Both the position numbers and the translations under genes were made by a program. From an uncultured Fibrobacterota bacterium (lineage in GTDB: Bacteria > Fibrobacterota > OXYB2-FULL-49-7 > CAYNYI01), in assembly GCA_964401455.1 (NCBI GenBank), contig CAYNYI010000004.1:1-57978 (forward strand): a DNA stretch of 57,978 bases, given 5' to 3'. The notes under the pieces were generated by a model that did no database searches, was not told the origin of the DNA, and saw only the letters and a list, made by a program, of their open reading frames with translations. Of the stretch, positions 27,220 through 39,000 are shown in pieces. How positions within the stretch are numbered: position 1 is the first letter of the stretch; every line of letters begins with the position of its first letter.

Positions 27220-27840
27220 TTATTTAGTTTTATCCTCTTCTTTTTCTTTCTTTTCTCCGGAAGCTTTAGTTTTTTTAGTCTTTGACTTCGCTTTAAGAGG
27301 GCTGAAAAGAGAGGTCATTGTTCTTCCCTCCATCTTCGCTTCATAGTCAATAGACGAAACGTCTTCCAGGTCTTCTTTTATTTTATCCATAAGGTGCCGT
27401 CCGTAATCGACATGCGCCATCTCCCGGCCTTTATAAACCATCGACACCTTGACTTTTTCTCCGCTTTCAAGAAACTCTCTGGCATGGTTCTTTTTAAAAT
27501 TATAATCATGCTCTTCTGTGCGCGGATGTAGCTTTATTTCCTTGACTTTTACAACGTGCTGGCGTTTCTTGGACTCTTTTTCCTTTTTCGCCTTTTCGTA
27601 TTTAAATTTACCATAGTCCATTATTTTACAGACCGGAGGAGCCGCGTTCGGAGCGACTTCCACAAGGTCAAGACCTTTTGATTCTGCAATTCCGAGAGCC
27701 TCGGACGTTTCCATTACCCCCAGCTGTTCTCTTTCTTTTCCCTTTTCCTCAAGAATGCATCTTATCTTCGGCACCCTTATTTTTTCATTAATTCTTGTTG
27801 AGTCTTCTTTCTTTCTGGGAATAAATCTCGGACTTCTGAT
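27220..27840 (-). CDS. infC: Translation initiation factor IF-3 (non-canonical AUC start)
   Basis: LDLVEVAPNAAPPVCKIMDYGKFKYE. The frame extends upstream through TRINEKIR to ATC 27840-27838, 6 nt after a GGAGG SD. Confidence 0.95.
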   Translation of the reverse strand: MRSPRFIPRKKEDSTRINEKIRVPKIRCILEEKGKEREQLGVMETSEALGIAESKGLDLVEVAPNAAPPVCKIMDYGKFKYEKAKKEKESKKRQHVVKVKEIKLHPRTEEHDYNFKKNHAREFLESGEKVKVSMVYKGREMAHVDYGRHLMDKIKEDLEDVSSIDYEAKMEGRTMTSLFSPLKAKSKTKKTKASGEKKEKEEDKTK

Positions 27841-27861
27841 AAACTTCCTCCTTTGTGAAAA

Positions 27862-29766
27862 TCAGTCTGTTTTTCTTTTATTTATTTTTTCAGTAATCAT
27901 CTGGACAAATTCTTCAACGGAGTATTCTCCTCCGCCTTTATTTTTTCTTTTCCTTACAGAGAGCTTCCCCGAATCAAGTTCCTTATCCCCGATAACCAAA
28001 ACATAAGGAATTTTCGCCAACTCGGCTTCTCTTATTTTGAAACCGACTTTCTCGCTTCTTAAATCGGTTTCCGCTCTTATACCGGCATCTTTTAAAAACG
28101 CCGAAACTTCAGCTGCCCTGGAGGCGTGTTTATCAGAGATCGCTATAATCCGAGCCTGTACGGGAGCCAGCCAGAGAGGAAAATCCCCGGCATAATGTTC
28201 TATTAATATGCCGATAAAGCGCTCGAGCGACCCGAAGATTGCCCTGTGTATCATGACCGGAGTATGCTTCTTCCCGTCTTCTCCCACATACTCCAGTTCA
28301 AAACGGGACGGCATTGAAAAGTCCACCTGGACAGTACCGCATTGCCAGTTCCTGCCGATACAGTCTTTTATATTAAATTCTATTTTGGGTCCGTAAAAGG
28401 CGCCTTCACCTTCTTTAATTTTATAATCAAGCCCTGTGTCGCCGCATGCGCCAATAAGGTCCGATGTGGCCTTTTCCCATATAGCCTCATCCCCTATGGC
28501 CTTTTCAGGGCGAGTCGCGATAAAGACCTCAGTATCGTTAAATCCGAAATCGGCATAGACCTCCCGTGTCATATCAAGTATATCGGCGATTTCCTGTTTT
28601 ACCTGCGACGGCTCGCAAAAAACATGGGCGTCATCCTGAGTAAAGCTTCTAACGCGGAAAAGCCCGTGAAGAACGCCCGAAGCTTCATGCCTGTGAACAA
28701 GGCCGAGTTCGGCGTTTTTAAGGGGCAATTCTTTATATGAGTGCATTGCCGATTTATAAATCAGAAGACCGCCGGGGCAATTCATGGGTTTTACGGCAAA
28801 ACTGCGCTCATCAATATCGGTGAAATACATATTTTCGCGGAAATTGTCCCAGTGCCCGCTTGTATGCCAAAGTGCATCGGAAAGAATTACCGGGGTCCTG
28901 ATTTCTCCGTATCCCCGTTCTCTGCATTTTTCCCGTATATAATCCGAAAGGGCGCTATACACAACAGCTCCGGCCGGATGCCAAAAAGGGAAACCCGGCC
29001 CCTCCTCATGAAAACTGAAAAGATCAAGCTGTTTTCCGATAACACGGTGATCTCTTTTTCTGGCCTCCTCCAGAACCCGCAGATGTTCGTCAAGCATCCC
29101 TTTTTTCGGGAATGCTGTTCCGTAAATCCGCTGCAGCATTTTATTGTCGCTGTTACCCCGCCAAAAAGCACCGGCAACAGAAGTGAGCTTAAAAGCTTTT
29201 ACCACTGAGGCCGAAGGTACATGAGGACCGCGGCATAAGTCTGTAAAATTCCCCAGAGTATACGTGGAAATTTTTCCCCCGGCATCCTCAAGGAGTTCCA
29301 GTTTATAAGGTTCACTCTCTTTCTCAAAGAGCAGACAGGCCTCGTCTTTTGAGACTTCCTTCCTTTCAAAAGAAGGACCTTCGGAAACGATCTCCCGCAT
29401 TCTTTTTTCTATTTTTTCAAGATCCGCCGGAACAAAAGGCCCCGGTTTATCAAAATCATAGTAGAAGCCGTTCTCAATAGCCGGACCTATGGCTACCTTT
29501 ACCTCCGGAAAAAGGTCTTTAACGGCATGGGCCAATATATGGGCCGCAGAATGCCTGAAAACTTCCTTTCCTTCTTCTGCATCGAAGGTAAGCGCTTCTA
29601 CGGTTTCGCCCCCCGCAAGCCTGCAGGAAAGATCACGGAGAACACCGTCCACCTTGGCGGCGAGAGATGCTTTCGCGAGACCCGGGCTGAAGGATTTCAG
29701 AAATTCCTGTATTGTGCATCCGTCTTCAGCCTCCCTTACAGATCCATCGGGAAGTTTGATTTCCAT
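27862..29766 (-). CDS. thrS: Threonine--tRNA ligase
   Basis: TGS domain, RHSAAH, DLCRGPH, KPMNCP, FYGPKI and MIHRAIFGSLERF. Start corrected to ATG 29766 because the supplied start lies inside the tRNA. Confidence 0.98.
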   Translation of the reverse strand: MEIKLPDGSVREAEDGCTIQEFLKSFSPGLAKASLAAKVDGVLRDLSCRLAGGETVEALTFDAEEGKEVFRHSAAHILAHAVKDLFPEVKVAIGPAIENGFYYDFDKPGPFVPADLEKIEKRMREIVSEGPSFERKEVSKDEACLLFEKESEPYKLELLEDAGGKISTYTLGNFTDLCRGPHVPSASVVKAFKLTSVAGAFWRGNSDNKMLQRIYGTAFPKKGMLDEHLRVLEEARKRDHRVIGKQLDLFSFHEEGPGFPFWHPAGAVVYSALSDYIREKCRERGYGEIRTPVILSDALWHTSGHWDNFRENMYFTDIDERSFAVKPMNCPGGLLIYKSAMHSYKELPLKNAELGLVHRHEASGVLHGLFRVRSFTQDDAHVFCEPSQVKQEIADILDMTREVYADFGFNDTEVFIATRPEKAIGDEAIWEKATSDLIGACGDTGLDYKIKEGEGAFYGPKIEFNIKDCIGRNWQCGTVQVDFSMPSRFELEYVGEDGKKHTPVMIHRAIFGSLERFIGILIEHYAGDFPLWLAPVQARIIAISDKHASRAAEVSAFLKDAGIRAETDLRSEKVGFKIREAELAKIPYVLVIGDKELDSGKLSVRKRKNKGGGEYSVEEFVQMITEKINKRKTD

Positions 29767-29784
29767 AAATTTTCCAATAAAAAA

Positions 29785-29858
29785 TGGGCGATACTGGATT
29801 TGAACCAGTGACCTCTTGCATGTCAAGCAAGCACTCTAACCATCTGAGCTAATCGCCC
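29785..29858 (-). tRNA. tRNA-Val (GAC)
   Basis: GGGCGATTAGCTCAGATGGTTAGAGTGCTTGCTT-GAC-ATGCAAGAGGTCACTGGTTCAAATCCAGTATCGCCCA folds as a cloverleaf. CCA is not encoded. Confidence 0.96.
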
Positions 29859-29929
29859 ATTCAAATCAAAGGCCGTATATAAATAACATAAAAGCCGTGC
29901 ACCTCCGGCCTGAGGCATAAGGCGATGTA

Positions 29930-29958
29930 AAGATAATTATTTCATTCGGATACATCAA
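29930..29958 (-). promoter_or_regulatory. Putative promoter for tRNA-Val/thrS
   Basis: TTGATG (29958-29953)-17 nt-TATCTT (29935-29930). Confidence 0.55.
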
Positions 29959-29981
29959 GAAATATTATGAGCCTGTTTTTT

Positions 29982-30755
29982 TTACATGACCCCTCTGCGA
30001 GAGTCTGAAAAGAACCCCAACACATCGGTAAGAAAAGGATCTGCGCCCATTTCTTTCTCTGCCGCGACCAGCGCCTCCCGGCGGCGTGCCTCTCTACGGT
30101 AGATAAAACGGTATATTTTTTTGATCCTCGTTATATCATCCTCGCTGAAGCCCCTTCTCTTGAGCCCGACCATATTGACCCCGGACATCTTCGCGGGCTG
30201 GCCGTTCGCAATTACAAACGGGGGGACATCCTGGTTTATACGCAGCCCGCCGCCGACAAAAGCGTGCTTGCCTATATTTACAAACTGGTGCACCGGTGTG
30301 AGACCGCCTATGCTGGCCCATTCGTCCACACGCACATGTCCTGCCAGCTGAACACCGTTTGAGAGAATAACATTTTCGCCGACAACACAATCATGCGCCA
30401 CATGACAGTAAGTCATAATAAAAGCGTTGTCGCATATACGGGTCTCACCGTGCTCTTTTGTTCCCCGGTTCAAGGAAGCGAACTCCCTTATAACAACATT
30501 CGCCCCTATAATCAGAGGGTATTTACCTCCGTCGTATTTCAGATCCTGGGGATCTGTACCCACACAAGCGGAAAAACTTATATTGCAGTCGGAGCCGATG
30601 ACAGTATCGCGGCAGATATATGCTCCCGGACCTACCGCAGTACGGTCTCCGATTTCCACATCAGGACCGATAACCGCTCCCGGCCCTATGGTAACGTCAA
30701 CGCCAATTTTAGCGGAAATGTCAATCGAAGCGGTTTTATCAATATTCACAGCCAT
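29982..30755 (-). CDS. lpxA: Acyl-ACP--UDP-N-acetylglucosamine O-acyltransferase
   Basis: Hexapeptide repeats, PQDLKY, HVAHDC, LAGHV, HQF and NMVGLKRRGF. Confidence 0.96.
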   Translation of the reverse strand: MAVNIDKTASIDISAKIGVDVTIGPGAVIGPDVEIGDRTAVGPGAYICRDTVIGSDCNISFSACVGTDPQDLKYDGGKYPLIIGANVVIREFASLNRGTKEHGETRICDNAFIMTYCHVAHDCVVGENVILSNGVQLAGHVRVDEWASIGGLTPVHQFVNIGKHAFVGGGLRINQDVPPFVIANGQPAKMSGVNMVGLKRRGFSEDDITRIKKIYRFIYRREARRREALVAAEKEMGADPFLTDVLGFFSDSRRGVM

Positions 30756-30757
30756 AA

Positions 30758-32137
30758 CTATTTACTTTCCTTATCTACCAGTGAAATCATGAAAACAGAC
30801 TCGCAGACGGTATTTCCGTCAACATCGGCTTTGCCTGAAAATTTACAGATATTGCCCCTCATCTTAATTATTTCAACTGAATAATTCAGACGGTCACCCG
30901 GCCTTACCGGCCTTCTGAACTTCACATTATCAAGACTCATGAAGAAAGTATTTTTGTTTTTTATATTCCTTACTGACTGGGCCATTAAAAGCCCCCCGGT
31001 CTGGGCGAGTCCTTCGACCTGCAGAACCCCGGGCATTACAGGAAAATCGGGAAAGTGACCGTTAAAAAATTCCTCATTGACAGACACATTTTTATAAGCC
31101 CGGATATTTTTACCGGCAGTGAGGTCTGTAACCCTGTCAACAAGAAGAAACGGATAGCGATGAGGCAGAATTTTCTTGATTTCGTCAATACCGAAAAATA
31201 CCGGGAGCGTCTCTTTCCTCTTTCTGATTTTGAATTCTTTTCTTATCCTCCTTGCCATTTCTATATTGGCTGCATGGCCGCTTCGGGCGGCAAGCACAAA
31301 GGCTTTCATAGGAGCGCCGAGGAGATAAAAATCTCCCATAAGATCGAGAGCTTTATGACGGCAGAGTTCATTCTTGAAGCGAAGTGACTCGTTATTAAGG
31401 AAACCGTTCTTTCCCGCGGTAACATTTTCTTTGAGGCCGAATAACTTTTTGAAATAGGCTATTTCTTCCTCATTAACATCTTTATCCTGAACAACGACCG
31501 CGCTTTTAATGCTTCCTCCCTTTATAAGCCCTTTCTCCCTGAGATGCTCAATCTCGGATAAAAAGCAGAATGTGCGCGCAGGGGCGTATTCCTTTTCGAA
31601 TTCGTCGAAATCAAACATGGTCGTATGCTGAACACCAAGAGCCGGATTCGCATAGTCGATCATAAAAGTAAGCCTGAATTCCTCAGAGGGCATAATGCTG
31701 AGCGCGAGATCCGAGCCTTTTACCTCATGATACAAAGGACGGTCTATCTCTATAAAGAGGCGTTCGGCATCCTGTTCTACGGGACCGGCTTTTTTTATCA
31801 GATCAAGAAAACACGCTGAACTGCCGTCAAGAATAGGGAGTTCCTCATTATTTATTTCTACCAGGACATTGTCTATTGAGGCACCGAAAAACGCGGCCAT
31901 TATATGCTCAATTGTGGAGACTTTCACTCCGTCAGAGCTTATGGTGGTACCGCGGCTTATGTCTGTAACATTGTCTATGTCCGCAAGTATTCTCACCTTG
32001 TCGGGATTATCGACACGCTGAAACCAGATTCCGCTATTCTCGGGTAAAGGCTTCAGGGTTATTTCAGCTTTAGCGCCCGTATGAAGCCCAACCCCTGAAA
32101 GAGAGACTTCATTCTTAATTGTCTTCTGTTTTTCCAT
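30758..32137 (-). CDS. lpxC: Bifunctional LpxC deacetylase / FabZ dehydratase
   Basis: LpxC motifs GVGLHTG, TIEH, DGSS, APARTF and RHKALD, fused to Fab[23 protein letters not shown]. Start is ATG 32137; alternative is 32146. Confidence 0.96.
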   Translation of the reverse strand: MEKQKTIKNEVSLSGVGLHTGAKAEITLKPLPENSGIWFQRVDNPDKVRILADIDNVTDISRGTTISSDGVKVSTIEHIMAAFFGASIDNVLVEINNEELPILDGSSACFLDLIKKAGPVEQDAERLFIEIDRPLYHEVKGSDLALSIMPSEEFRLTFMIDYANPALGVQHTTMFDFDEFEKEYAPARTFCFLSEIEHLREKGLIKGGSIKSAVVVQDKDVNEEEIAYFKKLFGLKENVTAGKNGFLNNESLRFKNELCRHKALDLMGDFYLLGAPMKAFVLAARSGHAANIEMARRIRKEFKIRKRKETLPVFFGIDEIKKILPHRYPFLLVDRVTDLTAGKNIRAYKNVSVNEEFFNGHFPDFPVMPGVLQVEGLAQTGGLLMAQSVRNIKNKNTFFMSLDNVKFRRPVRPGDRLNYSVEIIKMRGNICKFSGKADVDGNTVCESVFMISLVDKESK

Positions 32138-33170
32138 TTGTTTCAAGAGCTCCTTTGACTTTCTGCAGTTCGGATTCCAGTTCTCTTATTCTTTTTATGA
32201 GCCCGGGAAGCCTCTGCGAAGAAGCCTCAACTCTTTTTTGAGAATAATAATCCCTTGCCGGGGTCCCAGACACGGTTACACCCGGTTTTACATTCCGTGT
32301 TATTCCTGCCTGGGCAGCGGCTTTTGCACGTTCACCGATTTTTAAATGTCCCGCAACACCTGTCTGACCGCCCATCATAACGCTGTCGCCGACAACCGTA
32401 CTCCCGGAAATTCCGGTCTGAGCCGCAAAAGCGCAATTTTCCCCGACTTCAACATTATGAGCAATCATTACCAGATTATCTATCTTTGAGCCTTTTTTTA
32501 CCAATGTCGAACCCATTGCCGCACGGTCTATGGTAGTATTGGCACCGATTTCCACATCATCCTCAAGCACCACATTTCCCGTTTGGGGTATTTTAAAATA
32601 TATCCCTTCGGAAGAAGGCGCGAAGCCAAAACCGTCAGCACCTATGACTGCACCGGGATGCACTATTACCCTGTTGCCTATAACGCAGTCTCTGCGGATT
32701 ACACTGTTGGAATACAATACGCAGCCGGCACCGACCGAAGTGCCTTCTTCTACAACAACACCAGGGTAAAGTACCGCGCCTTCGCCGATTACGCTGCCGG
32801 GACCGATATAAACAAACGGACCGACACACGCTTCTTTATGAACAGCAGAACTGTCGGCGACAAAAGCCAGTTTGTGAACACCTTTTTCCACTTCATACGC
32901 GGGCGGATTGAGCGCCGCGGCTATACGCGCAAATGCGAGATAAGGGTTATCGGACAATAAAAGCGAACGCCCTTCAGGCATACCTTTTCTAACGGATGTA
33001 ATTATACATCCGGCGGAGGATGAAGCCGCCAAAGAAGCATAACGGGGATTGGAAAGAAACGCGATCTCATCCGGGCCCGCTTCCTGAAGAGGAGCAACGC
33101 CTTTTATTTCCAGACCGGGACTTCCCGCTAACTCACATCCGGAAATTTCGGCAAGTTCTTTTAAAAGCAA
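32115..33170 (-). CDS. lpxD: UDP-3-O-acylglucosamine N-acyltransferase
   Basis: [30 protein letters not shown] and [11 protein letters not shown]. Confidence 0.97.
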   Translation of the reverse strand: MLLKELAEISGCELAGSPGLEIKGVAPLQEAGPDEIAFLSNPRYASLAASSSAGCIITSVRKGMPEGRSLLLSDNPYLAFARIAAALNPPAYEVEKGVHKLAFVADSSAVHKEACVGPFVYIGPGSVIGEGAVLYPGVVVEEGTSVGAGCVLYSNSVIRRDCVIGNRVIVHPGAVIGADGFGFAPSSEGIYFKIPQTGNVVLEDDVEIGANTTIDRAAMGSTLVKKGSKIDNLVMIAHNVEVGENCAFAAQTGISGSTVVGDSVMMGGQTGVAGHLKIGERAKAAAQAGITRNVKPGVTVSGTPARDYYSQKRVEASSQRLPGLIKRIRELESELQKVKGALETNGKTEDN

Positions 33171-33192
33171 TCTTCGTTTCCCTCGCTGGGCC

Positions 33193-33711
33193 TTACTGAC
33201 CCCGATTCAGTTCTTTAACCACATCATCGGTCAAATCATATTCAGGTTTGGCGTAACCGACCGCTCCGCTTGAGATATCGAGTATAAGATCAAAACCTTC
33301 ACGCTCCGACAGCTTTTTTATTATCTTGTTTATTTTTTCGATAATAGGCTTGGTAAGCTCGGCGTTTCTTTTATAGACCTCTCCGTCTTTACCAAAATAC
33401 TGATCTACAAGAGATTTGTAGCGAACCATTTTTTTTTGGAGTTCCTCTTCTTTTTGTTTCTTTCTTTCATCGGTCATCATCAGCTTTTGGCGCTCATACT
33501 CTTCCTGCATGTCCTTTATCTCTTTCTCGAGTTGATTTACCTTCTGGGCCACCTGCTGGACTTCTTTATCATATTTGCCCTGAGCATCCTGGACTTCGCG
33601 GCTCTGTTTGAATATCTGCTCGGAATTTATGTATCCGAACTTCCAGTTCGCAGCCGAAACGCTGCAGGCAAGCAATAATGCCGCCAATGTAAAACAGACA
33701 ACTTTCTTCAT
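33193..33711 (-). CDS. skp: OmpH/Skp periplasmic chaperone
   Basis: Signal peptide, KFGYINSE, coiled coil and DLTDDV; lies between bamA and lpxD. Confidence 0.92.
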   Translation of the reverse strand: MKKVVCFTLAALLLACSVSAANWKFGYINSEQIFKQSREVQDAQGKYDKEVQQVAQKVNQLEKEIKDMQEEYERQKLMMTDERKKQKEEELQKKMVRYKSLVDQYFGKDGEVYKRNAELTKPIIEKINKIIKKLSEREGFDLILDISSGAVGYAKPEYDLTDDVVKELNRGQ

Positions 33712-33744
33712 AGTTTTCTCCTTTCAGATGTATTGAGAAGGAGC

Positions 33745-36060
33745 TTAAAAGCCCCTGCCGAACATAAAATGAAATTCCCATCCGGGATCTTCTTCATAAC
33801 CGTATCTATTCATTATCCTGTCAAAACCGTATGCGAAATCCATTCCGATAACTCCTATCATGGGAACATTCAGCCTTACTCCGGCTCCGGTGCCCGCGTA
33901 AAGTTTATTCAGATCGATATCTTCTACCCCCCTAAAGGTATTCCCGAAATCATTAAAAACTGACATATAAAGAGTCTGCTCAACTATCGGAAAAGAAATG
34001 TCGGCGGAAAGCACAAGCATACTTGTCCCGTTATTCCAGTATCCTCCCAGCGACCAGTCGGGATAGCCTCTAATAACTCCTGAATAGTTTACCCCGCCGG
34101 CCCTGTAATAGTCCGAATACTGAGGAACAAGCTTGTCATTAAACGACTCCATCAGGCCGAATGTGGCTTTGGTTCCGAGAACGAACTTCCAGAAAATCGG
34201 TGCATACCACTCGCTTTTCAAATCATGCCTTAAAAAAGAATAATCGCCACCGAATGGCCCTCCGGTAATATTAAGAGAATATCGGTAAACTGAACCTCTT
34301 GAAGGAAAGAGCGGCATGTCGGTATCATCCCTTTTTAAGGTCAGAGTAAGGCTGCGCTCACGGCCGGCGTCAAGAGTAGGGTCCTCGGGGTCGTCTTCGG
34401 GTCTCTCCTCCTTATTGGGATACGCGGTCTCAAGATAACTCCAGGAGTATCTCGCTGTAAATGAAAAATAGTCATCAGGCCAGCTCAGGGCCCTGCCCAG
34501 GGTAAGATTGACTCCATACTGAATAGTCTCCGGAGAAAGGGAATCATCTTCCCACTGCCGCCAGTTCCAGTAACCCCTGAAACCTATCAGAGTAGGTGTG
34601 TCAAGAAAATAGGGCTCGGTAAATCCTACATCATATGTTTTTTTAAATTTACCATATTCTACATTAAGATCCAGCATCTGCCCGGCACCTTCAACAAAAG
34701 GCCTCCTGACACTGAAATTAGGGATCTGAAGACCGAGGGTTCCGACAAATTTGTCTCTTTCACTCCATCCGGCTCCCATTGAGAATTTGCCTGTACCGGA
34801 GGATTTTTCTTCCACTTCCACAATAAGGTCCACACTGCCGTCCGGGTTCTGAGAAATATCCGGGATTACATTATCGAAATAATTGAGGTGGTAAATGTCT
34901 CTTATACTCCGAGCCATCAGAGACTGTTTGTATATCTCTCCAGGGTCAACATGCATTTCTCTGCGAATTACCTTTTCAACCGTTTTCGTATTCCCCTTAA
35001 TTCTTACCCTTTTAACATAAGCCGGACTCTTTTCTATTATTCTGAAAGTCAGGTCAACGGTATCACCCCTGAAAGACTTGACAGGCTCCGCATACATATT
35101 AAGATAGCCTTCTTCTCTGTAAACTTCCATAAGCTGACCGTGAACTTTCTGCATAGCGCTTTCACTGTATACACCCTCTTCCTCACCGTCCGGAAGTAGC
35201 CGCCGAAGCTTGTCCGATTCAAAAAGCTCATTTCCCTCAAAATCGATTTCTCCCATAAAATAACGCCGGCCCTCGGTAAGGTCTATGGTAACAGTTATGC
35301 CGCGGCCGTCTTCGCTGTATTCCACCTCGCTGTCATTTATTTTTACATCAAGAAAACCTCTGTCCCTGTAGAATTTACGTACGGAATCTATGTCGGAAGC
35401 AAATACCGCGGCGTCAAAGTCTCCGGAGCGCCACCAGCGGTCTTCTTTCGTTTCCATAGTTTTCTTGATCTCGGACGGATCAAATGCACCGGCCCCCGTG
35501 ATATTAATTTTCTCAACCTGTACTTTCTTGCCTTCTTCTATCGCGTATTCAAGGACAGTTTTGCCGGATTCTTTAGACTCATACTGCTTCGTTTCAATAG
35601 ACGCGGTTAAGAGCCCTTCTCCTCTGTAATGATCCAGAATAGCGTTTTTATTTCTCTCGATGTCATAATCTGTAAGAGCCTGGCCGTCTATAAGATCCAC
35701 TATTTCCGAAAGCTTATCGGAATCGACTTTTCTGTTTCCTGAAAACTCAACCGATTCAAGAAGTGGGTACTCGTCAACAATGACAACCAAATCAACAGAG
35801 TTTTCCCCCGCGGAAAGCCCCTCAACTCTAATATCGCGAAAAAGCCCGAGATCGTACAGAGATTTAATGGATTCCCGAAGCTTCTCTCTTGAATAAAGAT
35901 CGCCCCTTTTTAGATACAGGTGGTCTTTTATAAGAGTACGGCTTACAGAGGTATTACCCTTAACTATAACATCATTGACAATGGGCAGTGTTTCCTGGGA
36001 AAAAGCCCATATTACACAAGTTAAAAGAAGGAATGCAAAAAGCTTACAGTTTAAATTCAT
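33745..36060 (-). CDS. bamA: Outer membrane protein assembly factor BamA
   Basis: POTRA repeats (GNTKTVEKVIRRE), IRGY motif and C-terminal FHFMFGRGF. Start is ATG 36060 or TTG 36075. Confidence 0.95.
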   Translation of the reverse strand: MNLNCKLFAFLLLTCVIWAFSQETLPIVNDVIVKGNTSVSRTLIKDHLYLKRGDLYSREKLRESIKSLYDLGLFRDIRVEGLSAGENSVDLVVIVDEYPLLESVEFSGNRKVDSDKLSEIVDLIDGQALTDYDIERNKNAILDHYRGEGLLTASIETKQYESKESGKTVLEYAIEEGKKVQVEKINITGAGAFDPSEIKKTMETKEDRWWRSGDFDAAVFASDIDSVRKFYRDRGFLDVKINDSEVEYSEDGRGITVTIDLTEGRRYFMGEIDFEGNELFESDKLRRLLPDGEEEGVYSESAMQKVHGQLMEVYREEGYLNMYAEPVKSFRGDTVDLTFRIIEKSPAYVKRVRIKGNTKTVEKVIRREMHVDPGEIYKQSLMARSIRDIYHLNYFDNVIPDISQNPDGSVDLIVEVEEKSSGTGKFSMGAGWSERDKFVGTLGLQIPNFSVRRPFVEGAGQMLDLNVEYGKFKKTYDVGFTEPYFLDTPTLIGFRGYWNWRQWEDDSLSPETIQYGVNLTLGRALSWPDDYFSFTARYSWSYLETAYPNKEERPEDDPEDPTLDAGRERSLTLTLKRDDTDMPLFPSRGSVYRYSLNITGGPFGGDYSFLRHDLKSEWYAPIFWKFVLGTKATFGLMESFNDKLVPQYSDYYRAGGVNYSGVIRGYPDWSLGGYWNNGTSMLVLSADISFPIVEQTLYMSVFNDFGNTFRGVEDIDLNKLYAGTGAGVRLNVPMIGVIGMDFAYGFDRIMNRYGYEEDPGWEFHFMFGRGF

Positions 36061-36071
36061 TTTCAGGATAA

Positions 36072-39000
36072 TCAATCTCCTTTTTCGTTTCTTCTACTTT
36101 CCCCGTCTATGAAGGTGCGAAACGGAAAGCGGAGGCTTCCGTCCAGCCGGAGGTTTCTGATGCCGGCGGGGTCAAACCCGCCGTAGGCGGGATCAAAAAA
36201 ATCATAACCCAACCCAAACTGAAAAACACTTCCAAGCTGATATTCCAGACCTATAGACTGCCTTATTCCCTCAACAAAAGACTCTTCTCCCCCCAGTGAG
36301 TCCCGCATTGAAAGAGAGCCGGAATATTTGAGAAACAGACTTCTTGTTAGGTATTTGCCCACAACTACGCTGGAATTTTTCAGGATTTCTCTGGCAAGCC
36401 TGTTTCTGCTGATCCCGGCAGTACTCTCGCCATAGAAAGTAGAGTCAAATATCGAGGATGTAACATAATTAATTCCCATATCAGATTCAATTTTAAATAT
36501 CTCGGGAGCATATGCTTCCATACCGACCGACCTGAATATTCTTCGCGAACTCTTAATCGCGAATTGCTCAATAGGCTGAATGACTTTCCGGCTCATATTT
36601 GTGAGGCTGCTACCGGCCATTTTGCCTATGATGGCCCCTCCCTGACGCAATGCGTTCTCCGGAACGCTGCTTTCCTGTCCTTCTTTTTTTTCAAAACCGA
36701 GCAATTTAAGAAAAACACTCGACTGAGGTTCTTCAAGACCGGTCACAAAGTCACGGTTGCCAACCACAACTAGCCTCCACTTGCTGAATCTGCCCTTTTC
36801 GTATTCCGCACCTGTTTCAGGGTCATGGAACATCATTTTCAGTTCTATCCGCTCATTAAAGCCCTCTGAGTTTCTCCAGTTATAATACGCGGAAGCGGAC
36901 ATAACCGGACGTTTATCCATCCCGTCCATTTCCAGGGTTATTTCATCAACATCCCAGAAAAGTCCGTAATGAAAGATTTTACCCCGCCTGGAAAAACAGT
37001 TTCCCATAACCCTGAGCCCATCTTTCTTACGAATTCCGCGAACTTTTATTTCAGAACCGGGAGAGACATTCGCTTCAACAAATGGATAAGTAAAAATCCC
37101 TTTCTGGACCTCATACTCATAAAAGTAAACCATATTTCTGCCTGCCTTAATATCGAGGCGCCAGTTAATGAAAGAGGCCGGATCTTTTTTCTTTTTCTTT
37201 TTCTTTGGCGGCGGGAATGTAAAACGGGCATTATCCGGTATTATTCTTCCCGCTACAACCGGGTTTTCCAGAGGGCCGGCAAAGCAAAAATATTCCCTCC
37301 CTTCGTTTCCTTCCGGAGTGATATTACCAACCGCGTCTCTTTTCATGAAAACCGGAATATTCATAGTGAGCCCGCCGTGTTCAGGAGGAATAAGCCTGAA
37401 CACACCCAGACTCACACCCAGCGAGGGAATATCAAGGGGTTTAAGACCTTTCTCCGCCTCGGTATTTATAATGGTAAACTTTTCCCCGTCATTATCGGCA
37501 TCGATCCTGACAGAGACAAAACCCCTACGGGTAACCGAAACATCAAGCGAATCAATGAGAACCCCGTCCTCTGAGGGGAGAAAAGTCTTGAGGAAAATCC
37601 GGCACTCTCTTCCGGATTTATTTTTTATCGCACCACGCCTTAAGAACAGGTTTCCGGGAGTTCCTACAAAGTTCATCCGTCCTTTGAGATGAATGAAACT
37701 CTGGTTTTCAATTACACCTACAAGGGGAGCGAAGTCTCTCATTATATTACCATCGAAACTCATTGTTATATTTAATGATTTGTCAGTCTCTGAAGCACCT
37801 CCAAACATATACTCGGAGGGGAATTCGCCCGAAGCGCCGTACTGGACACCGTCGCTTCTTGCCGAAAATTTTATTATCTTCATATTCTCGCCGTTGCCGG
37901 AAAGCCGGCATGATAAATCATTCAGTTTTAATTTTCCTAAACGAAGGCCGTCGGCTTCAATCTTAACACGATTTGAGACTTTCCCCTCTGAACCGGTATA
38001 GTCGAGGCTTCCTGACGCTAGTCCTTCCAGACCGCTTAGAGGACCTTTGACTATTGAGCCTATAAGGCCGAGGTCTATTTTATTCCAGTTGAGCCTGCCA
38101 CTTATGCGCTGCCGGGACCATAAAAAATCAGAGAAAGCAATTTTCTTTTCTTTTCCGGCAAAAAGAGTGCCCTTCGAGATACTTAAATAGCCTGAAGAAA
38201 ATTTTAAATCTGTGGAAGCTGATATACGTTCGCCGGCAGCCTCTCCCGAGAGAGAGAGCCTGCCGGAAATCAGGGGTGATTTTCTGGTACCCGAAAGATA
38301 AAAAAGAAAACCGAGATCTCCCGTTGGAAGATCTTTCTGCTTCAATCCGGCAACACCGAATATTTTTGAGAGAGTTATGTCTTTAGAATACAGCCGCCCG
38401 TCTATTTGCTCCAAAGTATCTTTCGGGATAAAAATTTCGCCCTTAATTCCGCCGGCATCCTCAATATCAATATTAAGCCCCTTTTCCGGAACTTTTTTTG
38501 AGTTTAAAAGAATATTCAATTTTAGAGGCTCTCCGTTCAACACAAAGTTATCCGATTCCAGTATGCCGGAATACTTTCCGGCAGAGCCGGAAACGGAAAA
38601 AACCATCGCAGCATCGACCCTTCGGCCGTTTCCTTTAAGCGCGCCATTTAAAGAAATATTTTTTTCTGAAGCTTTCAGAGAAAACTCCCCGTTCAGTTTT
38701 ACCGAAGAAGAAGAAACAAGAGGAACGGAGGGGCCGAAATATCTTTCGAAACCGACTATGTTCCCTGAAAGATTCATTGACTTTTTTTGCGGGGAAATAA
38801 CCCCGTTGAATTTTTGAGAATAGTCAGTGAAACCTCCGCTTATTTTTATTCTTTCTTTGTTTCCCGCAGCTTTAAATCCAAGTCTTCCAAACTCTGTCTT
38901 ATTCCGGGAAAACTCTGCGAGATTTGTATTAACACGCACTTCTGCTTCTTTTAAAGAACCGGAGATAAAAGCATTCACTCCGCCTCTCCATTTAAAAGAC

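Noticed and set aside
29785-29858. tRNA as an integration site for an island
   Set aside because: No integrase or duplicated tRNA 3' end was seen, and it is flanked by core genes.
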